IMG/VR virus record: IMGVR_UViG_3300032259_000002
Span: 13,013 to 77,012 of that record
Length of the DNA stretch: 64,000 nt
Direction: 5' to 3' (one strand)
Source of the DNA: a virus
Lineage: Duplodnaviria > Caudoviricetes
The notes under the pieces were generated by a model that was given only the letters and a program-made list of their open reading frames with translations, made no database searches and was not told the origin of the DNA. This document shows, one piece after another, positions 18,765 through 28,603 of this stretch (positions are counted from its first letter, which is position 1; the number at the start of each line of letters is the position of its first letter). The translations under genes were made by a program, and so were the position numbers.

Positions 18765-20978
18765 TCATAGCCATCTGATTCTGAAATCCGCTCTCTTACC
18801 TATATGAGTGTAATAAGCATATCTTCTTCCATCCATCAGATGGTCATTAAATTTGACCGGGGTATCCAATACTCTTCCGTTCTTATCTTCCTTCCATGAA
18901 TAGCCCCTAACTTCTTTAATTAGATTAAAACTGCCTTTGAGTATTTTACAAGGAAGGGTTTTTACAAAATCAATTCCATCATTAACTGATTTATCAGCAG
19001 GAATTATATTGAAGCCGGCTCTTCTTATTTCCTCTATTCTGTCTGGTTCAGCAGCATCAGCGTAGATAGAATCATTTTTATCTTCAATTAGGCCTTCAAG
19101 CTTTCCTATTAAATCCTTTGTAGTATGCTCTGCTTCATAAAACAATTCCTCTTCATAAGGGACTTTATCACATATGGATATCTTAACCAGAGCAGAAGGA
19201 TTATTAAAACCAAAGTCCAAGCCATAGATTACTTCATCCACATTATCAGGGACTTTATCAACCAACTCCCAATTAGAATAAATAATGTTATCTAATTTAC
19301 CCCATCTACCAAGACCATAAATCTTCCATTTATTAGGGTCAATTTCTTTTAGGCTTTCAAGAAGATCTATATAGGCAGGATCAAGATATGGATTGTCTTT
19401 ATAAGTAGAATGGATATCATCTACCCCATCCATAACATCCAGTACTTTTTCTTTTAACCAATGAAATTCATCAGTAGGATTGAAGCAGGCAAATAGTTGA
19501 TTTATCGGATCTCCCTTAGCTACCTTGGAAGACATTCTTAATCTTAACTGTTGGAAGTCTTCATAGGTAAACTCGGTGGCTTCCTCCAGCATTATATCAT
19601 TCCAGTCAGTACTTTGACCGCACCACATAACTCTACCATCGTATCTAGTCATTATGGTGTGGTAAGGTGGTACTGTTGGGCAATAAACCTTCCCGGAATA
19701 AGACCATCTTTTTATCTTACTAACGCTTATTTTTTCTCTGGTAGTAATGCTTATATTCCAAGCTTGTTTTGCCTTTTCAAACTGTTTTGATTTTGGCAAA
19801 GTATAAATTGTAGGAACTAGGCCTAATTTTATAGCTACCTCACATACATCATCCCGAAGTTGTGGCGATGCGGTACTATAGCAAATTCTACCAGACACAT
19901 GTCGATAACCATCACCATCTACAAGTGCTTCAAATAAATGTCTTAGTAGAGATGGATGTAAATCTAATATATCTCTTGGAATATATTTTTCATAACTGAG
20001 GCCGAACTGTTTTACATAATTAGCAAGATCTTTACTATAAAAAGAAAACCTTTTAAATTTTTCACCATCTACTAATTTTATAGGGAAATCTTTTAAATCT
20101 CTTTTTATTTTTTCCCTACCTTTTTCGTTATGCTGAGAAAGAATGACAGTATTATTGCTTAACTCACAACTACCTTCAGTCAAGTACCATCCTAAAAATC
20201 TCAACCAAGGAATGATTGGGAATTTAACAGGTTTCTTTCCCCAGTTATTATTTTTCTTTTTATCCCAGGGTATTCTTGGTATCTCAAAATTATTAATAAT
20301 TTTTCCAGTATCCCAATTACCCTTTTGTGGAACATAAAAGAAAGAAGGTAGGTTTTCTGCTTTTACAAATCTGTAATTCTTTTTTCTTTTGGTAGATATC
20401 AGCATATGGTGTTCCGGTGTTACAGCAAATCCAGCATAGCTTTTACCATCTCCTGTTTCCGAGGCAGGGCTGATAAGATCACCATCATAATCATATTCAT
20501 GCATCTCGGAAACTTCTTTGTATTCGACTTTTAAAGTATCTGGGTTTATAGATGCTACCCTCATTCCTTTTTTTAATTCAGTAATAGAAAGAAATCCTTT
20601 ATCAGTCATCACCTCCGTGTTGGGATGATAGCATTTTATTTTTTCCGGATCATCAAGAGAACCAAAATGCATCCAGTTATCTTTATAATAATAATCCAGG
20701 GTCATCTTCTCTTCCTTGAGATGATGAGTTGCTCCCCAATTACCCCAAATTTCTTTGAAGACTTTATGAGTGGATAATTTTAATGATGGTAAGGTTTTTC
20801 TTAATATCAGTATCTTCCTCTTTCTTGCCTGAAGAAGTCTGCTTGATAGCAACTGACTGACCGAGTATGATTTAGTGGAACGGGCTCCCCCTCTATTAAA
20901 TATGATAGGGGCCTCTGATTCCGCATTCCTGTAAAATACTCTAGTGGCTTCTACTTCGATTGACAATAATGCCTCCAT
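18765..20978 (-). CDS. terL: Terminase large subunit (PBSX-like) interrupted by an intein
   Basis: NRGGARSTKS Walker A; splicing restores DDPEKIK/STDWNDIMLEEATE (Walker B); nuclease motifs YGLDFGFNNPSA, YADAAEPDRI, DHLMDGRRY. Confidence 0.93.
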   Translation of the reverse strand: MEALLSIEVEATRVFYRNAESEAPIIFNRGGARSTKSYSVSQLLSSRLLQARKRKILILRKTLPSLKLSTHKVFKEIWGNWGATHHLKEEKMTLDYYYKDNWMHFGSLDDPEKIKCYHPNTEVMTDKGFLSITELKKGMRVASINPDTLKVEYKEVSEMHEYDYDGDLISPASETGDGKSYAGFAVTPEHHMLISTKRKKNYRFVKAENLPSFFYVPQKGNWDTGKIINNFEIPRIPWDKKKNNNWGKKPVKFPIIPWLRFLGWYLTEGSCELSNNTVILSQHNEKGREKIKRDLKDFPIKLVDGEKFKRFSFYSKDLANYVKQFGLSYEKYIPRDILDLHPSLLRHLFEALVDGDGYRHVSGRICYSTASPQLRDDVCEVAIKLGLVPTIYTLPKSKQFEKAKQAWNISITTREKISVSKIKRWSYSGKVYCPTVPPYHTIMTRYDGRVMWCGQSTDWNDIMLEEATEFTYEDFQQLRLRMSSKVAKGDPINQLFACFNPTDEFHWLKEKVLDVMDGVDDIHSTYKDNPYLDPAYIDLLESLKEIDPNKWKIYGLGRWGKLDNIIYSNWELVDKVPDNVDEVIYGLDFGFNNPSALVKISICDKVPYEEELFYEAEHTTKDLIGKLEGLIEDKNDSIYADAAEPDRIEEIRRAGFNIIPADKSVNDGIDFVKTLPCKILKGSFNLIKEVRGYSWKEDKNGRVLDTPVKFNDHLMDGRRYAYYTHIGKRADFRIRWL
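19614..20633 (-). mobile_element. Intein (340 aa) with LAGLIDADG homing endonuclease
   Basis: Begins CYHPNTEVMT; contains FLGWYLTEGS and LFEALVDGDG; ends VYCPTVP...HTIMTR...WCGQ followed by Ser+1. Confidence 0.9.
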
Positions 20979-21071
20979 AGCATTAAAAGTTTTATTTCCT
21001 GACCGGTCATTGAACCTTTATATATTGTCAATATTATTTATTCTTTTATTTACCCAATCCCAATCAATAGG

Positions 21072-21200
21072 CTAATACACTGTAGCATTGAATGGTTGTT
21101 CTGCTTTTCTATCTCCACATCTTTGACACTCACTATATGTTGTAAAACCATTTGAAAGAGTATCATTTATTTTCCAATTATGAATAATGCATTTTTTCAT
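21072..21200 (-). CDS. Small Cys/His protein (42 aa)
   Basis: Hand translation MKKCIIHNW...ECQRCGDRK...; ends at TAG. Confidence 0.4.
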   Translation of the reverse strand: MKKCIIHNWKINDTLSNGFTTYSECQRCGDRKAEQPFNATVY

Positions 21201-21242
21201 AACTTTTTTAATCTTAGCTATCGGTACCAATATCCACATTTA

Positions 21243-21650
21243 CTACTCCTCATCTTCCTTCTTGGGTTTTGCCGGTACAATTTTAATATTGATAGGCTGG
21301 TCTGATACCCCGGCTAATTCACTCCTTACTACATAACCTCTTTTCTTTCCTATCCTATCTAAATGGTATTTGACTGCATCAAGGTTACCAGCTTTGATCT
21401 TACTTACTAATTTTGATTCTGATAAATCAATTAGTCCCTCCCTGGCTTGCTCTCTTACTTCTTCCAGTTCCGGATATCTTGCTATATAATGGATAACTGT
21501 TTGGTAAGTACATTTCAATCTCTTAGCAGCATAAGTAACCAGTCCATCAGTCTTCCTCAAAGCCTCTGCTACTTCATCCAGAGAATACCGGTCATGCTCA
21601 TTCTGTCCTGCTGCATGTCTTTTCCTTGTACGTCTTAATCTAGGTGGCAT
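21243..21650 (-). CDS. terS: Putative terminase small subunit (HTH)
   Basis: EALRKTDGLVTYAAKRLKCTYQT HTH, LIDLSESKL...GNLDAVKYHL...RGY; upstream of terL. Confidence 0.7.
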   Translation of the reverse strand: MPPRLRRTRKRHAAGQNEHDRYSLDEVAEALRKTDGLVTYAAKRLKCTYQTVIHYIARYPELEEVREQAREGLIDLSESKLVSKIKAGNLDAVKYHLDRIGKKRGYVVRSELAGVSDQPINIKIVPAKPKKEDEE

Positions 21651-21971
21651 TTCCTTTTTCGCATCCTTCCTTGAGCGTATAACACCCCTTTTCCTACTTT
21701 TTTCCTACTTTTCTCTATCCTTTTATCTCTTATTACCTATATAACCTTTAATTTATTAATAACTAATATATAAATTATTCTCTATATATTAATCAATCAA
21801 TTTTTTACATTATATTATTTAACCTTTTATTTATTTTCTTTTTTAATTAGTATAAAAAATAATCTATTCTATCTCTTATTTTATGGATATTCCTTGATAA
21901 TTCTTATTTTTATTTTTATCCGTTATATTCACTATTAAACCCACTATTCAAACTTATATTATTTAAGCAAT

Positions 21972-22004
21972 AAAAAACCCTTTCCAATACCAAGGAAAGG
22001 GTTT
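21972..22004 (-). terminator. Rho-independent terminator separating the early ORFs from the packaging/virion operon
   Basis: aaaccctttcc/ggaaagggttt stem followed by TTTTTT on the minus strand. Confidence 0.8.
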
Positions 22005-22064
22005 AGTAATTACTTTAATTTAATTATATCTTATGAGGACAAATAAAGACTTTTGTTATTTTAC

Positions 22065-22346
22065 TCATACCTCCTCATACCCCCATTCGATTAAATCCAT
22101 CAATGTGTTGTAGATGTATTCAGACTGTTCTCTGTTTTCGCTCAACTCCTCCCATGCGTCCGTATCAACCTCAATTTGCATTTCATTACGAACGCCTTTC
22201 ATGCACGCCCAAACCTTTATTTTTACAACAATCGGCTCATAGAGTCTGCATTCTTCCGGATAGTCACTATTTATGCATTTACTGTCTTCGTGGTAGTTCC
22301 ATTTTATACATTTCCTATTCCCGCACTTCTTTCCATTTCCTTTCAT
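22065..22346 (-). CDS. Small Cys-rich hypothetical protein
   Basis: 93 aa with GGAGG RBS; C-x4-C-x10-C-x8-C. Confidence 0.55.
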   Translation of the reverse strand: MKGNGKKCGNRKCIKWNYHEDSKCINSDYPEECRLYEPIVVKIKVWACMKGVRNEMQIEVDTDAWEELSENREQSEYIYNTLMDLIEWGYEEV

Positions 22347-22678
22347 TTATTCCCTCCTTAAGTCTCTAATTGCCATGTTATTTTTAACTCTTCTGGCCCG
22401 CAGTCCCAGCAATCCGCCCATATGACGTGATCTGGGACATCCCCATAATCATTATTGACCATATTGTGTAATAAGTCTTTTTCGTTTTGTGTTAGAGACT
22501 CTTCATTGTCTGCTGGTATAGGTTCCGGCACTTTCATCCCTTTATATTTATTTTGAGTCGTTATATTCTGGGAGAGGTATACAGTGATAACATTTTACGC
22601 AATACAAATGCCCTCCAAAATGCCTCCCTGATGGGGTAAACCCATAGCCAACTTCCCATTTATGCTTACATCTCTCTT

Positions 22679-23056
22679 TCATCCCTCCACCTCCTTTATT
22701 CTTAATATGCCACCGAAAGGCAGCTTCATTCCATTTTCCTCTTTAAGTCTCATTTTTGCTATATCAAGTATAATACAAATATCCTCCCATGTAGCAGGCC
22801 GTGTTGTCTCTCCGGTGCCTTCACAATCAGCGCATATAACATCTACATACCAATCATATTTACCTTTACCTCCGCACTCTCTGCACTTCCCCACATGCTC
22901 TATCATGTCTATGCTGGGGAGAAGGGATAGGATTTTGTCGGTAACTTTCCTAGGCAATGTATATCTGCATGTTTCTTGAATTTGTATATACTCAAGGTGT
23001 ATTATCTCTTCTATCTTCTCTCTAATCTCGCTCATGATCTGTCTCCTTAATGGCAT
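22679..23056 (-). CDS. Hypothetical protein with a CxxCxGxG zinc-finger pair
   Basis: CRECGGKG and CADCEGTG. Confidence 0.6.
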   Translation of the reverse strand: MPLRRQIMSEIREKIEEIIHLEYIQIQETCRYTLPRKVTDKILSLLPSIDMIEHVGKCRECGGKGKYDWYVDVICADCEGTGETTRPATWEDICIILDIAKMRLKEENGMKLPFGGILRIKEVEG

Positions 23057-23208
23057 TTATCTGTCAATTGCTCTTGCATCCTTTTACGCGTTTCGTCTGA
23101 TACGCCACTGCACATAGGACAGTCATTTTTAGGGTGCTTGATGTTTTTCATTTCACGCCTTAATCGTTTATTCTCCGCTTTCAGTTTATTGACAAGCTTG
23201 TGTTTCAC
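23047..23208 (-). CDS. Small hypothetical protein (53 aa, GTG start)
   Basis: Hand translation VKHKLVNKLKAENKRLRRE...CPMC...; overlaps the stops/starts of both neighbours. Confidence 0.4.
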   Translation of the reverse strand: MKHKLVNKLKAENKRLRREMKNIKHPKNDCPMCSGVSDETRKRMQEQLTDKCH

Positions 23209-23546
23209 TTCTCCCTCCCTCTTAGATAGTTATATACTTCAATAGGAAATACTTCGGGGTTGATAAGATATGATTTTATCATTCCATAACTCTTTGAGTT
23301 CTCCCAATCGCACAATTTCCAGTGTTCAAATTCTGGGTACCACCAATTCTCACCCTTTGCCCAATTAAGAAGAATAAAGAAGCCTTCGGGGGAGAAGAAA
23401 TCTCTTTGCTTTTTATCTTTGTTCTCATACCCACAATCCCAGCAACCATATTTGCCAAACCCAATTGGCCTGTATTTATGCCAACAAAGCCCCATTGCCT
23501 CAGTTAAATACCGGTTAATCTCTTCTTTGTTTATCTCTTCTATCAC
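23205..23546 (-). CDS. Hypothetical protein
   Basis: 113 aa, overlap-coupled; CWH...CWDC. Confidence 0.6.
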   Translation of the reverse strand: MIEEINKEEINRYLTEAMGLCWHKYRPIGFGKYGCWDCGYENKDKKQRDFFSPEGFFILLNWAKGENWWYPEFEHWKLCDWENSKSYGMIKSYLINPEVFPIEVYNYLRGREK

Positions 23547-23859
23547 TGGGCCTCCGGTTATCTCTTAATAACTTACTTATTACCCCATACTCATCTTTGC
23601 TGTGCAACAACAATTCACTTATAAAATATCCCTTGTTACTTGGTACAGGCTTCATACAACTAATGATAATATCCAAATATTTCTTATATTTTGATTCTTC
23701 AGATTGACTGTGTGTTAAGACACAAGTTTCTTTTTCTAGTGCCTCAATCCTCTCAGCAGCTTTATAAAAAATATCACTACCCATTAATGATCCATTTTCA
23801 TTTGCTTCAATTAACCTTTTTACCAATTCGTTTGCCATAATCCCATCCTCCCTAACCAT
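23515..23859 (-). CDS. Hypothetical protein (true start probably MANEL)
   Basis: GGAGG RBS precedes the internal ATG. Confidence 0.5.
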   Translation of the reverse strand: MVREDGIMANELVKRLIEANENGSLMGSDIFYKAAERIEALEKETCVLTHSQSEESKYKKYLDIIISCMKPVPSNKGYFISELLLHSKDEYGVISKLLRDNRRPSDRRDKQRRD

Positions 23860-24145
23860 TTTCTAGCCACACTGCTTAACTTTGATAATTCCTCTATTGC
23901 TTCTGCCTCTTCTTTGATTGGATTCCCCATGATAACCCCCTGGTTAAGGTTTTAACTATCCGTTTCCCTATCTTCAAAATCAATGAACTCAGAACACTTT
24001 TTGGTGTCCCATCTCAATTTGCAATGATTGTCTTCTTTTTCATCAAAATGTTTACAGTCCATATTCCAACATTCTTTTATATCTTCCTTCCAATCCTTCT
24101 TAACCATCATCTTTCCCCTTTCCGTGTAGCCGCCTGTGATACCTA

Positions 24146-24376
24146 CTAGTCCCTTCCCTTCTTTGCTCTTTCCAGAACGGCAATAAACCCCTCTTGTTTT
24201 TCAGGCATTGCTAAGTATCCCCTCAAGCATTTATTCACAAAATGGAGAGCAAGTCTAGCTTGAGATTCGCTCATTCCGCAAATAATTTTAGTCGCCTTTT
24301 CAAATCTCTCTTTATCTTGTTTGCGTAAAACTGGCATTATGTCTTTTATTCCCTTTAACGCTTTATCACTCATCAC
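24146..24376 (-). CDS. Hypothetical protein
   Basis: 76 aa, coupled to the HTH gene. Confidence 0.55.
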   Translation of the reverse strand: MMSDKALKGIKDIMPVLRKQDKERFEKATKIICGMSESQARLALHFVNKCLRGYLAMPEKQEGFIAVLERAKKGRD

Positions 24377-24599
24377 TCTCCCCTTTCTTATCCCTTAAAT
24401 ATTTATACCAACTGTCAAGTAATCCTTGCTCGTTCAGCCATAGTAAACATTTTACATGAGTTCTGGCTATTGCCGGGGGCTTCTGTTCTCCGCGCTCCCA
24501 CTTTACCCATGTCATTCTGTGTATGCCGCATAAGTCAGCCATTTTTTGTTGGGTGAGGCCCAGCGTTTGCCGAGCCTCTTTGAAATTATTGTCTTTCAT
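24366..24599 (-). CDS. XRE/Cro-type helix-turn-helix regulator
   Basis: FKEARQTLGLTQQKMADLCGIHRMTWVKWERGEQKP is a classic HTH_3 pattern. Confidence 0.9.
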   Translation of the reverse strand: MKDNNFKEARQTLGLTQQKMADLCGIHRMTWVKWERGEQKPPAIARTHVKCLLWLNEQGLLDSWYKYLRDKKGESDE

Positions 24600-24716
24600 A
24601 GTCTTTTATAAACTCTTTTTTTGTTCTTCCGTTCAGTTTCCCGATAAAAACATAAGCTTTTTGCCTTTTGTCATACTCGTACACGCTATCATATTGGTCA
24701 AACCTATACTTTTCCA

Positions 24717-25037
24717 TTAGAACATCTCCTTTATCATTTTGTCAGTATCGAATTTCATATAATTATTTTCACGAAATGCTTCGCATAATTCCTTGTTTAC
24801 GGTGACTTTTACGTCTACGCTTGAAGAGTTGTAAGCGCCGTTATCATCGTCATATTTAGCATGTTTTACTATAACTGCTTTTTTATTTGAGTAATCTTTT
24901 TCACATAAAACAACTATACTTCTCGGAGTATGCCCGTTTAATTCTGTTTCTATTTCGAATTTCTCGCCTTTCTGTGTAAGAACTATGGTACAATTCCCTT
25001 TCTTGCTGTAGCCTATAGAATAAAAATGATACCTCAT
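24717..25037 (-). CDS. Hypothetical protein
   Basis: 106 aa ORF in the early cluster. Confidence 0.55.
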   Translation of the reverse strand: MRYHFYSIGYSKKGNCTIVLTQKGEKFEIETELNGHTPRSIVVLCEKDYSNKKAVIVKHAKYDDDNGAYNSSSVDVKVTVNKELCEAFRENNYMKFDTDKMIKEMF

Positions 25038-25231
25038 TCCTTTTCCTCCGTATTGGTGAATATAACCATATCAGTTGAATTAGAATCCAAAGCTGCTATT
25101 ACTGTATTGGTATCACTATACAAATTTATTACATTATCACCAGCAACAGATGAAAAAAGAACTTCAAATCCATAAGATTTAATTACTTTTCTTGCCTGCT
25201 CCTCTGATCTCACATTACTAATTAATTCCAT
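25034..25231 (-). CDS. Hypothetical protein
   Basis: 65 aa, ATGA overlap with the next gene. Confidence 0.5.
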   Translation of the reverse strand: MELISNVRSEEQARKVIKSYGFEVLFSSVAGDNVINLYSDTNTVIAALDSNSTDMVIFTNTEEKE

Positions 25232-25244
25232 TATCTGATACCTC

Positions 25245-25475
25245 CTACCAAACCCTTCCGGAAAAACTAAGGGATTCGTTATTAAATTTATTTACCAAAG
25301 AATTGGCAGCGGAATAATTCAATTTAGAAATAACAAGAACTTCCTTATTAGTAGAAAGCTCTTTAATGATTACTGGATAGTCAGTTCTCTTTGTGTCCGC
25401 CATAGGACGAGAAGCTAAATACCTAATTCCTTTTTCCAGTGTTATTCTGTGTTTTCCTATCATTTTTGTTTTCAT
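25245..25475 (-). CDS. Hypothetical protein
   Basis: 76 aa with GGAG RBS. Confidence 0.55.
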   Translation of the reverse strand: MKTKMIGKHRITLEKGIRYLASRPMADTKRTDYPVIIKELSTNKEVLVISKLNYSAANSLVNKFNNESLSFSGRVW

Positions 25476-25487
25476 TTTCTCCCCCTT

Positions 25488-25679
25488 TTATAAATACAAG
25501 TCCATTTCTTCGTCTGTCATGTCTTCTTTTACCGAGATAACAGAGTTTAATTCATTGTGACTTGTTTTTTGCTCGTAATCATCGCAGTTTCCATTATCAA
25601 GCTCCCACTCCTCAACTTCTAACGCACATGAACCCCTTAACCACGATTTGCAATTTTCGCACTGTCTTACTGTTTTCAT
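25488..25679 (-). CDS. Small Cys4 hypothetical protein, first gene after the early promoter
   Basis: CENC-x6-C-x12-C; AGGAG RBS. Confidence 0.6.
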   Translation of the reverse strand: MKTVRQCENCKSWLRGSCALEVEEWELDNGNCDDYEQKTSHNELNSVISVKEDMTDEEMDLYL

Positions 25680-25693
25680 GTTCCTTCTCCTTG

Positions 25694-25753
25694 GTTTAGG
25701 TTTCTCTTAACTCTTAAATATATTATATTATATTAGGAAACCCAATGCAAGGG
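25694..25753 (-). promoter_or_regulatory. Sigma70-type early promoter, copy 1 of a 60-bp repeat
   Basis: TTGCAT (25745-25750) - 17 bp - TATAAT (25722-25727); identical to 53303-53362. Confidence 0.85.
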
Positions 25754-25787
25754 GAAAATACATTTATTTTAAAAATAATTTAAAAAT

Positions 25788-25815
25788 AAAAAAGCCCTTC
25801 AGTTGAAGGGCTTTT
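25788..25815 (-). terminator. Rho-independent terminator
   Basis: aaaagcccttc/gaagggctttt stem followed by a T run on the minus strand. Confidence 0.8.
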
Positions 25816-25844
25816 ACTATAAACATGATAATCAAATACAGTCA

Positions 25845-26228
25845 TTAAAGAGCGACTCTTTTCAAAACAGACTCCAGCCTGCTTTTTATAGCTAATATAT
25901 TAGAATCAAAAGAAATAAAAGCACTAGCTATACTACATAACCCGGTTGTTGGTGTCTCTCCCTCCAACCTGTTAATTGGCTCATTATCCTCTGGGCAGAG
26001 AATTGGTTCAATAATTTCAATAAAATCAAATACAAGGGAAGACATATCTTTTAAATCTTCCTCTAACCTGGTCATAGCATCATGTATCTGGCCTCTTGGA
26101 AAAGCAGATTCAGCTTCTATTGCTTGGAGTGCCTTGGCTTCCATACATCTGCAATTAATATGAGCCATTCGACTCGGGGAAGCTGCCTCCCCACTTTCCT
26201 CTTTTTTCTTTCTATTCCTATTTGTCAT
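25845..26228 (-). CDS. Hypothetical protein
   Basis: 127 aa with GGAGG RBS. Confidence 0.6.
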   Translation of the reverse strand: MTNRNRKKKEESGEAASPSRMAHINCRCMEAKALQAIEAESAFPRGQIHDAMTRLEEDLKDMSSLVFDFIEIIEPILCPEDNEPINRLEGETPTTGLCSIASAFISFDSNILAIKSRLESVLKRVAL

Positions 26229-26246
26229 TTAGTCCCTCCTTATTAA

Positions 26247-26903
26247 TTAATAAACAATGTCATCAAAAATCAAAGGAATTTTTCTTTTGAATTCTTCAAA
26301 CATTGGCTTGGCTATTTCTCTCATCTGAGGATGAGCAGCTTTCGCAGTTCTTTGCTGGAAAAAGTTTCTCCATGATCTGAAATTAGCTGTCATGATTATT
26401 TCAGTTTTCAAAGAATTAGGAAGAACGGATCTTGCTTCCTGGGGAGAGGCTCCATATCCCAAAAGCTTAAGATAGGCCTTCTCGCAATTATGCATAGCCT
26501 CCATCCAAGCCATCCTCTGCTTCTCCCTATAATTTCTTTCTGCCTCATTCCCACAATCTGCTTCCCAGAAAAAAGGTCTTATGACCGTAATCTCTGCACC
26601 GTGTTTACCTTTACTATAATTACAATAACGGGTACTTTCTTGAGAATAAGAAGCTATACGATGCCTTACGATCTCATGGGAAATCCCCCTATCACAGATA
26701 ATTCTGACGGTCACATTGCAATGCTCTATCACAGAATGATGCCCAGTGCGTAAAATCTGCTTATCAAGAAAATCCATTTTTTCTTCAAATGTCATTTCTT
26801 TTTCTGACTTATAACAATTTCTGGCTGCTAAATTGAGGAGATTTATTATCTCCTCCTCTGAATCTATTCTCAGTATTTCAAACCCAGGTTCAACTATCTT
26901 CAT
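26247..26903 (-). CDS. thyX: Flavin-dependent thymidylate synthase
   Basis: GHHSVIEH and the RHRIASYSQESTR signature. Confidence 0.97.
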   Translation of the reverse strand: MKIVEPGFEILRIDSEEEIINLLNLAARNCYKSEKEMTFEEKMDFLDKQILRTGHHSVIEHCNVTVRIICDRGISHEIVRHRIASYSQESTRYCNYSKGKHGAEITVIRPFFWEADCGNEAERNYREKQRMAWMEAMHNCEKAYLKLLGYGASPQEARSVLPNSLKTEIIMTANFRSWRNFFQQRTAKAAHPQMREIAKPMFEEFKRKIPLIFDDIVY

Positions 26904-26907
26904 ATCT

Positions 26908-27438
26908 TTATTTTACCCCCTTATTCATTTTATTTATAAAATCGAATATACGATCTACTTTAATAGAAAGAGCCGGTATGTCCCGGTCATTATGGATTGA
27001 GAAATCCGGTATAACTTTTTCCTGCTCTATCTCGGAAACATGTCCGGCATTATACTCAATAGGTTGGCCACTGTCTCTGATTATCCTAATAAGTACTCCT
27101 CCGTTTTTCTTAATATAAGCAGCCTCATTAGCATACCTAACATCAGAAATCACCAAATCACCTTTTTCTTTGGTATTCTCAGTCAACTTTTCTATCCATA
27201 TATTCTTACCAAACTCCTCACGACAACCATCACCTATACCCTGAAGAACTCTTCTGGAAAGATGGGTTTTCTTTCCATACAACTCTTCTTTTGGTATATG
27301 AAAATGCTTTTCAACAAAATCCTTAACCGGATCAGCGAAAGCTACTTTCTCAAAAGAATAATTATTTACTAAATAATCAGCAACCGTATCTTTCCCGGAT
27401 CTTGCTTTTCCCATTAACCCTATCAACATTTTTCCCAC
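26908..27438 (-). CDS. Deoxynucleoside monophosphate kinase
   Basis: IGLMGKARSGKDT P-loop, FADPVK, ISDVRYANE, HVSE. Confidence 0.9.
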   Translation of the reverse strand: MGKMLIGLMGKARSGKDTVADYLVNNYSFEKVAFADPVKDFVEKHFHIPKEELYGKKTHLSRRVLQGIGDGCREEFGKNIWIEKLTENTKEKGDLVISDVRYANEAAYIKKNGGVLIRIIRDSGQPIEYNAGHVSEIEQEKVIPDFSIHNDRDIPALSIKVDRIFDFINKMNKGVK

Positions 27439-27950
27439 TAAGACCTCCTCACTCTTTTTGTAATCTTATTTCTTCTAACCCTCCCCCCTCCCTCCCTCCT
27501 CACTCTGCTTATTTCAGATCTCTTCTCTCTTTTTATTCTAAAAACACTCATATCCGGTTCTCTTACTCCATTCTCAAGAGCATACTCTGCTTCCAGATAA
27601 ATTGACCTAATAGCTTTAAGAACCAATTCTTTATCCTCTTTTTTATCAGAATGTCTCTTATTGAAACGAATAACATGAGGGGAATTATCGTCCAGACAAC
27701 TCATGGTTCTTTTATTCAAAGGAAGAGCCCCGGAATCTTTAATCCACAGAGCAATCAAAGGACATTTCATACAATCACCATCTGCTACAACGCATAAGGG
27801 ATTTCTGTCATCACTTCCTATAGAAACATCGATTCCATACTTTTCCCATCCTGGCCATTCATTAGGAAGGGCCTTTGGATTTTTCTCCAACCATCTATAA
27901 TGCTCAGCAGTAATAATCAAGGCCTTTTTAGTTGTCATTTTTGTTTTCAT
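27438..27950 (-). CDS. Hypothetical protein with Cys motifs and an Arg-rich tail
   Basis: LCVVADGDCMKCPL; three RVRR repeats at the C-terminus. Confidence 0.6.
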   Translation of the reverse strand: MKTKMTTKKALIITAEHYRWLEKNPKALPNEWPGWEKYGIDVSIGSDDRNPLCVVADGDCMKCPLIALWIKDSGALPLNKRTMSCLDDNSPHVIRFNKRHSDKKEDKELVLKAIRSIYLEAEYALENGVREPDMSVFRIKREKRSEISRVRREGGGRVRRNKITKRVRRS

Positions 27951-27976
27951 TTCCTCTTCCTTACTATGCGAATAGC

Positions 27977-28603
27977 TTATTTGGAAACTTCCTTTTTACC
28001 CATTTTATTTTTTTCTTTATACTTAAAACTATGACAGGCGATGACTCTTTTAGCAAGCTTACCTGTTAAACTAGGAAATCTTACTTTGGCTAAAGTAGGG
28101 AAAAGACCAGCATCAAATAATGTGGCGCACTTATTATCCACAAAATTAGTACATTGAGGACAAGGATCTGGGTGCTTCATCTCAAGAATTCTTTCTTGGA
28201 ATAATTTCTCAAATCCCTTTTCAGTCACTATCTTATTTTTTACCAAAAGGTCAACAAGAACCCTCACCATCGAAGCAAGCTCTTGTCCCTCAGATATCTT
28301 CATGAAGGTAGATAAAGCAGTCTCTTTAGTAATTGGTGACTTCCCTTTAAGCTCTACCTCTCTTTTCTTTTTATGATAATTCTTAATAGCAGCCTTCTGC
28401 ATTCTCCTTATCTTTTTCAAAGCAACTTCAGCACGAGCATGTGATTTAGAAGAGGCTGGTAGGTTTGGATTTTTTATAATATCCAAATCCTCTTTACTAA
28501 AATTAAATCTGGCATCTGTTATAACTTTTTCCAATAAAGAAAAATCCTCATCTGTGAAATTCCTGGTTATGTTATTATCCTTCTTAGTCTTTTTTCTTTT
28601 CAT
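27977..28603 (-). CDS. Hypothetical protein with a C-terminal Cys4 motif
   Basis: CPQC-x6-C...C. Confidence 0.6.
   Translation of the reverse strand: MKRKKTKKDNNITRNFTDEDFSLLEKVITDARFNFSKEDLDIIKNPNLPASSKSHARAEVALKKIRRMQKAAIKNYHKKKREVELKGKSPITKETALSTFMKISEGQELASMVRVLVDLLVKNKIVTEKGFEKLFQERILEMKHPDPCPQCTNFVDNKCATLFDAGLFPTLAKVRFPSLTGKLAKRVIACHSFKYKEKNKMGKKEVSK

Noticed and set aside
21650-21960. cos/pac site in the very AT-rich gap upstream of terS
   Set aside because: The position is plausible, but no sequence feature supports a specific call without read-terminus data.
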